Below, in pieces: positions 1 to 10,142 of a stretch of DNA of 64,000 nt. The stretch is taken from the NCBI RefSeq assembly GCF_002571385.2, contig NW_019217795.1, forward strand, positions 524,767 through 588,766, read 5' to 3'. The notes under the pieces were generated by a model that saw only the letters and a list, made by a program, of their open reading frames with translations, was not told the origin of the DNA and did no database searches. Position 1 is the stretch's first letter, and every line of letters starts with the position of its first letter. Made by a program: the position numbers and the translations under genes. The DNA comes from Stylophora pistillata. Its lineage: Eukaryota.

Positions 1-1272
1 AGCGCGAGAGGGGAGTCACACTCGCCAAGTGCATGGTCTCCGCTCGTCTTGAAAACGCAATTAAATGGCACCCGTTTTGCGAGCGACTCAAGTTTGAAAC
101 AGCCGAACCCTTTTAACAGAGGTAATGTCCCACTTGGAGCATATGATGAAAATTTTCTCAGAAATTTGTTCTGGATTTAAAACCGTAAAAAAAATAGTAT
201 TCAATGATCGAATCCTTGGTTTCTTATGCGAAATTCAACTAAACTCGCAAGCGGGATTGAAGCGTAACTTCCCCTCAGATTTTCATTACACAATCAACAA
301 AACAGATAATGAGAAGAGGCAAGTTCATCAGCTTTAGGGTGTCATCTTGATCTAACACCAAATTCTTTTAGCTAACATAAAAAAATGTACAGCATTTTGA
401 AAGGAGACTAAAGAATCATATTTAAGGACTTCACGAGAAATTTGCAAGAGAACCATATAATTCTGATCTCAGTCATTTGAAATTTACTATGAAATTGTGA
501 CACTGACCGCGCCTTCAGATTCGTAATGATTATTTGAACTGAGTGGAGTGCAATTTGGTCTGTAATCACACGCGTGATTTCAAAATCAAACGACGCGGCG
601 GCCGGCGGGGCCCATATCAAACTTACGTTTAACATCTACCTGTACAGACTTTCGTGACATGTCACGCAGTCCGGGGCCAGTCAAAAACACACTAATTTTC
701 GAACATTTTCTTCGTTTTCGCGTATTCCACTTGAATCGCTATCTTTCTTACCCTCAGTTTATAAAACTATCGTAAATAAGCTTTCTATAACGCTGTATTT
801 GAAGGTAATCATGAAAATATTTCGTTCGGGCTTTTTTAAACTTTTGGTTAACAATTCAGACATTTCGAAGAGGGGTGTTTATGCTAGATGCAAACACTGG
901 CCATAGAGTCTGGGGCTATAACTCTAGAGCGCATGCACAGAACTGGTCATTACCGCGAAATACGAAAAGAAGAATAAATTTGGCGCAATTTGATGTATAA
1001 TACATGAATTTTGGATATTGTTTGGGTTCGGGAAATGGGACTCGATGTTTACGCACTGGTGATTTTGTCCTCGCTGCCTCTTCTCTCGGTGGCCGTAGAT
1101 GCGCAAAACGATTTTGCCGAAGAAACAAGTGGTCCGAAAGGGGAAAAATTGCCTTGGTTTAATTACGAAATAAACAAGTAACATTGCGTTAATCGAAGTT
1201 TACTTCAACCCGTTTCTTTTCTTCTTTTTTTTTAATTTTGTTTTCATCAAACTGATTTTTTTTTTTTAACAG

Positions 1273-3220
1273 CTATCTCATATATTCCCTGTCGAAGAAG
1301 CCTGACCAAGAGCCGAACGACGAAAGTGCCGATTCTCTGATTGCAGGAATCGTGGAAAAAATCTTGAGGGAATCTGAGATCAGCGGGGTTGTGTTAAATT
1401 CCAGAATTCTCAACGTCTTCAGGAAAAAGATTTCTCTCCTCCACTCAGCGTTCAAGAAAGCTTCAAAAAGTGGGGAGAATAGTGTAAAGAAGCTGATTGA
1501 TTAATGGAAGGCGAAAAACTACTCCTTCAAAATTCTTTTTCATGAGCTTGAAAAAAAAACTCATTGATTGAGGAAAACCAACAGCTCCGTGGACAGAAAA
1601 GGAAAGCTAAACTGGATTTAGCCGTAGAGCAGGCAAAGAAATTAAAAATTGAGCAGAAACTCGAAAATATCATTTGGGACTCGGAAAACAGAAAAGAACA
1701 ATACAAAGAAAAATTCAAGAGATTAGCGAAGAAAGCAGCAAGAATACAAAAAAAAGAGGGACAAAGAGGTCCAATCAAGAATAAAAAATTCACGGAGTAC
1801 ACCAAACAGCACCAAGCAGGGATAAGGCGAACATTCAAAGAAGACTGCCACTCAGCGCTATCATTTTTAGGCCTGTATGATTTTGTTGCCACTATGGTGG
1901 AGATATTCAATAACGACACCCAGCAATATGAAACTATTTCATTGATAGAAGAGGGAGAATTTCAACTACTAGAAACTGAGCCAAAGAACTGACAAATTTA
2001 ATACCTCTAATGAAGCTTAGAATGAGTTGGCCATAAAGTGTAAAGACATGCCCACAAAATATAAAATATGTAAACATCTAGATAGGCTAAATTCCAATTG
2101 GAATCTAAAAAAAAAACACCAGGGGAGGCAGAGGGAATACAGATTTCTTTCAGGGACAGTCTTGGAGAACAGATACAAAGGCTGTAGAAAAATTGAGTAT
2201 TGGACGAGGCTACTACTATTAAAGTAAAGATCAGTGGTGATGGTACCAACATTGGGAAGGGGCTTAAACTTGAAAAAATGTAACATACACAATTTTGAAT
2301 GAAAAGGATGCAGCAGTGAATGAAAAAGGAAACTATGTTCTAGCAATAATTAAGGCAACAGAGAACTATAACAATCTTAGAGAAAGCCTTGCTGATCAAA
2401 ACAATGAAATGTCCAATTTAAAAGAAATAACTGTAAATAATCATAAGTATTAGCATTGAGTATTTTTTAGGAGGAGACTGGAAGTTTCTAGACTGTGTCT
2501 GTGGTCTAGGAGCTGCAAATCAAAATTTTGCCTGTATTTGGTGTAAGTGCCCAAGACATGAAAGGTTTGACATCAGTAAAAAGTGGTCTTTAACTGACAA
2601 ATCTCTTGGGGCAAGAGATTCACAAGAAATAGGTAAGCATGCAAAATCTAAACAATATAATTGTAAAACCAATCCATTATTTAATTTTATTCTTATTGAC
2701 CATGTAATAATCGATACACTACATTTGCTTTTGAGAATACCTAATAATTTAATTGAACTTCTTATCAGGGAACTTCGCAGAAAAGATGCGATTGACAAGG
2801 TACCTACTTTTTCAAATGGTTTTTGTCAAAATAGGTATAGACACGTGGCTGGGTACGAAAAATTTGTAAAAGAGCTTAAGGAATTAATTTTGAGTGGAAA
2901 ATTGATAAGGACACTAAGAAGTTGGAGTACAGAGATCTTACTGGACCTGAAAAACTCTTGCTCTTTCAACACAAATTTTCATGCACGACTATTAGAAGGT
3001 CATGTTGCAGATAAGCTGCAAGCCCTATGGGGTAATTTCATGGATATTATTGGTGACCTCAAACTAGATTATACTACTGATGACACAATCTCTATCCTTG
3101 AAGAAAAGATAAAAAAATGGTTTCAAACATTTCTTGACATTTACCATGCAAGCAAAAGATGTGACACCTTATATGCATTCTTTGTATGCTCACGTGCCTG
3201 AATTTTTAAAGCTGTACCAC
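1273..3220 (+). pseudogene. Frameshifted DDE transposase with RAG1-core-like motifs
   Basis: Motifs in order across frameshifts and stops: KVKISGDG (2221), EYFLGGDWKFL (~2458), CIWCKC (~2533), IIDTLHLLLRI (~2707), VTPYMHSLYAHVPEFLKLY (~3161). They parallel RAG1 SCDG / GYDEK / CTLC / DALH / TNYFHKTLAHVPE. Splice acceptor at 1272. The third catalytic (E) motif is missing. Confidence 0.75.
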
Positions 3221-3950
3221 TTCTTCTGCCGCAACTAAAACTCATTTCAAATTTAGCACAACAAAAGATAAACAGGTTTACAAAGCAGCTACCTTTCATG
3301 TATAATGGTCCATAATTATTCATAACACTCAGTAAAGGATAAAAAATCAACACTTACTTTTACTCACGTGTGTTATCGTCTTGGGGATGAATGAGCCAAG
3401 TGCTTCAATGTCTTTGTACAAACTTCGTGCAACATGTCCTGACATCTGTTCTGGGTGTTAGGATTTGGGGTCATATTCCATTGTTCTGTCATTCCATCGT
3501 TCTGTCATTCCAGCATTCTGGCATTCCATCGTTCCGGCTTTTAGGATTTGGAGTCATATTCCGGCATCCCAGCATTCCATCGTTCTAGGTTTTAGGGTCG
3601 CCCTTATGGAACAATCTAACTATCAGTAAAGACGTTAACTTAAATGAGTTTAAGGCAATTGCTCTTGCAGCCATCAAGTCATTCAATTGACATCTATCAA
3701 TTGTTTTAATCTTTTAGTTTAGGAATAGTTATAGCTATATTTATATATTCAATATGTTTTATTGTTGTTTTTATATTTATTTATTTGTAATTCATAGATC
3801 ATATTTATATCAAGAGTTTTAACCAATTGTTGTTCATTACTTAGTGCCATTGTTTTTGAAATTAGTATTGTTATTTTTTGATATTATTTTGAAACTCCTA
3901 ATATAGTTTTTTTTTGCTGTCTTAGGAGTATACTTATTAAAGATAAAAGA

Positions 3951-4151
3951 TTAAAGGTCAAATTTCTCACTGTACCCTTTAAAATGAATTTTAACCATGT
4001 TTCTCGCTTTGTCAACCTGTGTTATCTCCACTGGATAAGTACTTTTATCCGTAATTTTTATTTTCTTGCATTTCTTGGTCTTAACTTCGGCGAATTCGTC
4101 AATAAATCTCTTCGGAATCTTACCCTCCCGCTTGGCTCTGTTGACCGCCAT
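3951..4151 (-). pseudogene. Truncated chromo-barrel/Tudor-knot domain ORF, likely second gene of the transposon
   Basis: Start context AAAATGGCG at 4151. Translation ends YPVEITQVDKARNMVKIHFKGYSEKFD, matching the Y-x-x-x-I...vkiH(F/Y)xG(W/Y)xxxxDEW pattern but cut off before EW by AT-rich sequence. Confidence 0.55.
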
Positions 4152-4694
4152 TTTGAAACTTGGCGCTCTTTGCATATTTAATTAACTGCGCATGTCAGGT
4201 GAGTAATATGGAGGCTTGGGACCAATTAGTCAATGTTCAGCTTTATGTGGGATAAGTATGATTTCAGACCCAAATTGCACAAAAAGAAATTCAATTACCA
4301 CTTTTTTACATCCATTTTGAAATCACAAAATTCAGTTTCCAGGTTTTTTTGGCTGAATTGTTTCCAAAATGGCGACGTGCGTGCGCGCGAAGTTTTTACT
4401 ACCTTAGTCAGGAATTTTTGGGAGAACTATTTCCTCCTCCGAATATGAAAATATGGTAAATTGCTAATCTCTTTATCTACTACAACTAATTGTTTTCACC
4501 AGAATTTTCCTCTTTCAACCTAAGTGGCCTGCAACAGGATGATGCGCTACGTTTTGCGACAAGTGCGTTTTTCATTTTGACACAGTAATGGCGACACGCC
4601 TTTTACAAGTTCTATTGACGATTGGAATTTATCGAATTAATGCAACCCCAAAACTTGAAATTAATTTCCAAGAATGACGGAGTTGTATATCTGA

Positions 4695-4805
4695 GCTCCC
4701 GTAGCACAGTTGGTTAGAGCGTCGTACTTATAAGCAGTACAGGCGTTGTCCGCCGAGGATGCTAAAGTAATGCGAAGGTCGGGGGTTCGAGACCCCTCGG
4801 GAGCA
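4695..4805 (+). tRNA. tRNA-Ile(UAU) with a 37-nt intron (4733-4769)
   Basis: Acceptor stem GCTCCCG/CGGGAGC, anticodon arm TCGTA-CTTATA^A-TGCGA, T-arm GGGGG-TTCGAGA-CCCCT, A and B boxes, canonical 37/38 intron position, T5 Pol III terminator at ~4813. Confidence 0.92.
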
Positions 4806-5864
4806 AAAGAACTTTTTACCAAAAAGACCCACATTGAATTTCTGTGACTTGAATTGCGCAAAATTTAATTTGTCATCACCATTATTGTTTTAACTTTGGG
4901 GCAGATAAAAAGTGACAACCGGAAATGCTTCTCTAAAGTCACAGGCTAATCTTTTCCAAAACAGCGCAAATTTTCAGTAACCTCAACAGCGCAAATTTTC
5001 AGATCTTTTAAGTTCAGAGGCTGAGTGACACTTAAAATCCATCACATTCTGTTTCAAGAAAGGCTCTGGAGCCATGTTAAGTCTTAATCATTTTACAAGA
5101 GCATTTTATACAATGTGATCGAGCATTAAGTTTTATGAAATGATTCGTGGTCTGAGAAGAGAAAATTTGACGGCTACGCCTGGCACACCTGAATTTTTCA
5201 CAACTACTTATTATCACCTTGCTCCTCGCATGTGAGCCTTTTCACCAGAAACTGCTCGTTTCTGCTGAGAAAAAAAATTGCGCCAGCAATTTAACCCAGT
5301 AAAGGGGAACAATGCGACAAAAGCTAGCATTTCCCTTCAGGATCAGTTACCACGTTGTAAAGATTGTAATCTGCTATGAAATGCAAATGCGAAGATTGTT
5401 TCATATTTTTGTATTTCAAGTCAGCCATTCAATTCTTTTCCCAGGAGAATAAACCCTTTTTGAAATACATACTTGACTAGTATCTCCAAATGTAACTTCG
5501 TTTCATTTCATTTTTGTCCCACCTTATATTCGCAGGAGCCGACTGTTTTCTTTCCAGGCATTCACTAACGATGCGCGTAGTTTTTGCGCCGTTTATCATT
5601 TCGCTCCGTTAATAACTAACGCTTTGGCACAGAATAGATGCAAGCAAGAAACCTGAGTCATACTAAGCCACTCCTAAAATTATATCATCTTTATTATTAC
5701 TTTAATTGAATCAATAATAACACAAATGGAATTTTCACGTAAGCGTTTTAAGATATCAATAATACCTCAACTTGAAGTTTCAGTCACTCAGACATCCCGG
5801 TTTTGCGCGCCTTTGATGCAACTTTGTCGTAACTTTATATTTCCGAACTGGATTCCAAGAAGAC

Positions 5865-5918
5865 TGTTTCATCATTCAGAACTCTGGCAGTTGTTTCATC
5901 ATTCAGAACTCTGGCAGT
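5865..5918. repeat. Perfect 27-bp tandem duplication upstream of the homeobox gene
   Basis: TGTTTCATCATTCAGAACTCTGGCAGT x2. Confidence 0.9.
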
Positions 5919-6296
5919 TGTGATAAGTTCACTCGAAACGACTTTTTTCTGTCAAACTTGCAACATTTTGTCACCTTCAACTTAACATTGAAGGAAATTG
6001 TTTAACATAAGGTGCGAGTTTGTGCATAACAATGGTGAATAACTCACACGATGACAAAGAAGTGAACTATCAAAAAGGTGAGATATAATTTCCTAATTTA
6101 AAGTCAGTAACAGAGTTATTGTTTGTAAAGTTTTGGCGCCTCGCCTAAATTTAGATCAACGCGCGTCATCGGCTATTTAAAGGAATCAACCTCACAGACA
6201 GTCATTTCATTCCGACTAGCGAAAGGAACTCACTTCCCTGTAGAAAGTTGATCACTCCATAACTCCTCTTTTAACTGAAATTTCGTTCTGTTCAGA

Positions 6297-8432
6297 ATGA
6301 GTTCAAGGAAAGGAATCAAAAGATCAGCTCCAGAAAACGAAGGTAGGTTACAAACGTAAGCAGCGATAGATGTACATGTGCGAGGTCGAAAAACTCTTTT
6401 ACTTCTAAATTGTAATCCATTTACGATAAATAAATGATGGTGAGAACAGGATTGAGCGCAGCATTATTGCTGCTTATTATGCTAGTCTTATGACTGGGAA
6501 CTTTGATCGGTCAGTTGAAGCTATATATGTTTAGTGTGGTTTTGTGCGTTGTTGCTCAGGGCTCCCATTGATAACAGACACCTTTTTGCGTCTGAAGGGG
6601 CTTCCCTGAGCGGTATAAATTAATAAAGGTTCTTTTCTTCTTCTATAAGAAGGATCGCTAAACCAGAAATAAAATCTTCTCAGTGTCTCAAGGAAGTTGA
6701 GAATTACAAACCATTAATGGCGGAGTTTATCACTAAAACCTCGCCGACCCGCCAGCACCATATAGAAACCTTTCAGTCTCTTTTTTTAATTTGAATACAA
6801 ATTTATTGAGCACTGACTGAGTGCTTATCAATATGCAAACAGAACGAACTACTAGCTAGATGTATTGTTAAACATTTTTTTTCTCTTAAGGTGACAAATT
6901 ACGACAAAGACGCCGAAGAACAGCGTTTACTGACGAACAGCTAGACCGGCTGGAAGAATCGTTTGCAAATGAGAAATTTCCAGGCATAAAGATACGTGAG
7001 GATCTTGCAGGAGAACTTAACATTGGGGAGGACAGAATCCAGGTAATATGCATTCGATTTTGTCGTTCATGATAGTTAATTTCTCATTACTACAATAGGG
7101 GCCAATTGTTGTCATGGGTTCAAATCCCGTACAGGCCTGAATTTTTCCAAGGCCCTATTTCCACTACTACTTAAGTAGTACGGTTCATAACTGCGAGGAT
7201 CGCTTTCAAACGCTTCTTAACTGAACCGCGATGCACATGTATGATTTTCATATATTAAAATTTATTGATTCATTATCTCACGGGTTTAATACGTACCAAC
7301 ATAATGACCAGCTCCCAGTTGGCTTGTTAGCTCAGTTGGTCATCATGAATCATCAATCAATTTTAATATGTGCATACATAAATGGAAGCGTCGGAGGTTA
7401 TCCCTATCGAAGACGCTCACACAAAATGTGAAATATAAAATATATATATTACAGCAAGGCACCCGGGTATCGCAGAGGTCATGAATAGTGGTGAAAATTT
7501 ATTTTAACTCTGTTGGCTCGTTAAGACCGTTTAGTGGCAATGGGTTTATTAGATTCTGCCCTTTTCCCCTGAAATAATTCGCAGATGGTCGCAATCAAAT
7601 TATACTTGTTGTAAGAAGTTGACAAGTCTCTCAGATTAGGTCTTTTGGTAAACTGATATTCACACCAAAGCTAAAACACGTTTTTTTAAGCGTTTTTTTT
7701 TAAAGACGGTTTCAATTGTTTTCTTTAACGAATTTACTTAAACTGATATTTGTCAACCACAAATTTGGCACAACGAAACGATAAGTTAGTGATCACTTGC
7801 ATCCTAAGTAGAATGAAGTCTAAAATATTCTGTTGTCGATTTTCATTGGTTTGACTTATCATGTTTTGCCGGTGTGAAAAGACCATTAGCCCTCCTTGAA
7901 GTGTGCAATTTTTCTTATGTATCAATGCTTCTTTTATTTTCAGGTCTGGTTTCAGAACCGTCGAGCTAGATGGCGTAAACACGAAATCAAAAACAAACCC
8001 GCTCCAGCTGCCTCTGCTCCAAAGATGCACGTAGATAACCAAGATTTCAGTGCGCTCGCAGTTTTCCAAGCGTCACCTCCTATTATTCCACCCAATCCGC
8101 TGACCCAAACGTCTTTCGAGCCGTGGAGCCCATTTTATCATCCGTTTACTACACGCACACCCTGGTTCCCACCCAGCGGGTTTCTTGGCCTGGAATATTC
8201 TAACATGCCCTACGCTTCCCCACAAGGTTCTAGCAAGACGTATGTTTTTCGTTCACGTGAACATATTCCAGCACATCGCCCGTCCAGTCCTATTCCTTTA
8301 CCTGACAGCAGCGCCAGCTCTAAGACTAAGCTCCATTCCTCCTCTGACTCGGGAAGTGAAGGAGGCCGTCACTCTGTCGACGATTACCTAGCTGCTGCTA
8401 CTCTGGCATCGTTTTTACAGCGAGAAAATTGA
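6297..8432 (+). CDS. Q50 paired-like (PRD-class) homeobox protein, ~228 aa
   Basis: Exons 6297-6342, 6891-7042, 7944-8432, all GT-AG and phase-consistent. Homeodomain QRRRRTAFTDEQLDRLEESFANEKFPGIKIREDLAGELNIGEDRIQ/VWFQNRRARWRK has the PRD-class intron between codons 46 and 47. TATTTAAA at ~6174, AATAAA at ~8445. First exon less certain (alternative 6032-6077). Confidence 0.9.
7111..7483 (+). mobile_element. tRNA-related interspersed repeat, circularly permuted, interrupted by a ~115 bp insert
   Basis: Starts with a B-box (GGTTCAAATCC). Ends with an A-box (TAGCTCAGTTGGT, ~7328), the insert, then ...GCAGAGGTCATG, which repeats the GTCATG start. Confidence 0.6.
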
Positions 8433-8723
8433 AACATTGCATTGAATAAACCATCCAAGATACTGCATTTAGTTAAATCCATATTTTATAGTAAGCATCG
8501 TCAAAACATACGCAATTTGATTTGCTTCTTTAAGACATGCGTCTGTCCAATCTTATTCAAGAGTTTCGTTTTTGAAGAGGATTTAATGAAAGAGCAATAA
8601 AACAGTTCTTTTATTTTCTCGTTTACAACGAATAAAGTTTGTTAGAATTAACAAGTTTGTTCTTTGAGTTCCACATCATTTTGCATTTAAATACTGTGAT
8701 ATTGAAATAAAAACATCTCTTGG

Positions 8724-9647
8724 TATGGGGCGCCAACCCAGTCAATATTCCCTCTGTATTTCTGTGACCCAGTTTACTTTTAACAGGTCAACTTGACTTT
8801 TTATATGGCCAACTCGACTTTTTATATGGTCAACTTGACTTTTTACATGCTCAACTTTTGACTTTTTGTATGGCCAACTCGACTTTTTATATGGTCAACT
8901 TGACTTTTTACATGCTCAACTTTTGACTTTTTGTATGGTCAACTCGACTTTTTATATGGTCAACTTGACTTTTTACATGCTCAACTTTTGACCTTTTGTA
9001 TGGTCAACTCGACTTTTTATATGGTCAACTTGATTTTGTAATCTATACAATGCATTGCGTTAGGACTCTAACAAAATGACCGACAATAACGAAGACTTGC
9101 AGCGCATCTCCTCGGCGTGTGCCATAGCTAAGCAGGCCCTCGAAGCCATCGACAATCTACAGAATAATGAAATTCGAAATGTGGCAGCGTTCACGGCTAC
9201 CAACATTGCTTCGACTTCCTCTGTTTCATCATCAAGCCCTTCGATTGCAGCAGAGCTCGCACGTCGATTTCCAACTTGCAGCGCACGTGGGGTCACCGCA
9301 ACTAGAAAACGAACTTCAGCGAGTGCTTTTATGAGTTAGAGATTGGGCGCAATGCATTATGGAACGATTCAAAAGATTACCACTTGACCATGTAAAAAGT
9401 CGAGTTGACCATAAAAAGAGTAAAAAGTTGACTATACAAAAAGTCGAGTTGACCACAGAAAAAGTCAAAAGTTGAGCACGTAAAAAGTCAACTTGACCAT
9501 ATAAAAAGTCAAAAGTTGAGCATGTAAAAAGTCAAGTTGACCGCATAAAAAGTCGAGTTAGCCGTATAAAAATTGGAGTTGACCATGTTAAAAGTAAACT
9601 GGGTCACAGAAATACAGAGGGAATATTGACAGAGTTGACGCCCGATA
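8724..9647. mobile_element. Non-autonomous DNA transposon, IS3EU-like, with ~300 bp TIRs built of subrepeats
   Basis: Termini TATGGGGCGCCAAC...GTTGACGCCCGATA. Exact 6-bp TSD TCTTGG at 8718-8723 and 9648-9653. TIRs contain GGTCAACTTGACTTTTTATAT-type subrepeats. Internal ORF fragment 9076-9339. Confidence 0.8.
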
Positions 9648-9725
9648 TCTTGGGGTTTGAAATTAGGATCATTATTAATTTCTCAAACATGTTCTTCTGC
9701 GCATTAATCTTTTCCCTTCACTCTG

Positions 9726-9789
9726 GTTACCCAGATTTCGCCCTTTGTTACCCAGATTTCGCCCTTTGTTACCCAGATTTCGCCCTTTG
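9726..9789. repeat. 21-bp tandem repeat x3
   Basis: GTTACCCAGATTTCGCCCTTT x3. Confidence 0.9.
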
Positions 9790-10142
9790 CACATCAAACT
9801 TGGGAGAGAGGAGAGGGTATCAGCAATTTTCGCCTCAACGCAAATTTGCCCATTTTCACCATCGCGAAAGCGCTCCCCGAAGTTATGAAGTTCGCCCAAC
9901 CTTGTTTGACTTCAAGGGAGCAGTATTTTAAGTCAGGGCAGGAGCCCATCAAGTGATGAGCTTCTGGTCAGGGTGAGAACCCGGACGTCCGAAGGCGAAC
10001 TAAGCGAGACTTCCATGCACCGAAGAGAGAGGACACTGGAGACTAGTTGGGGTTGGCTCGTCCCAATCTCTCTCTTGATGAGGATGAAAAACCCAGAAGT
10101 CCCAGCGAAATTTCATTTCTTTAGCTTACACGCACAGAAATA

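Larger units (their letters stand above)
611..4251 (+). mobile_element. Decayed DNA transposon of the RAG1/Transib/Chapaev clan with two convergent coding regions
   Basis: Imperfect inverted ends: CCCATATCAAACT at 611 versus CCCACATAAAGCT read inward from 4251. Contains a transposase relic (+) and a chromo-barrel ORF (-). Lies between two inverted arms at ~548-571 and ~4256-4280. No TSD visible, so boundaries are tentative. Confidence 0.55.

Noticed and set aside
663-690. RSS-like CACGCAG-N11-TCAAAAACA near the RAG1-like transposase
   Set aside because: The heptamer matches poorly, the spacer is 11 nt, and no partner site was found at the other end. Likely chance.
8780-9040. Regularly spaced ~21-bp repeats resembling a CRISPR array
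   Set aside because: No unique spacers. They are TIR subrepeats mirrored at 9370-9590, in a eukaryotic context.
9626-9931. ORF with YPDFALC repeats
   Set aside because: Translation of a 21-bp tandem repeat with no other coding signal.
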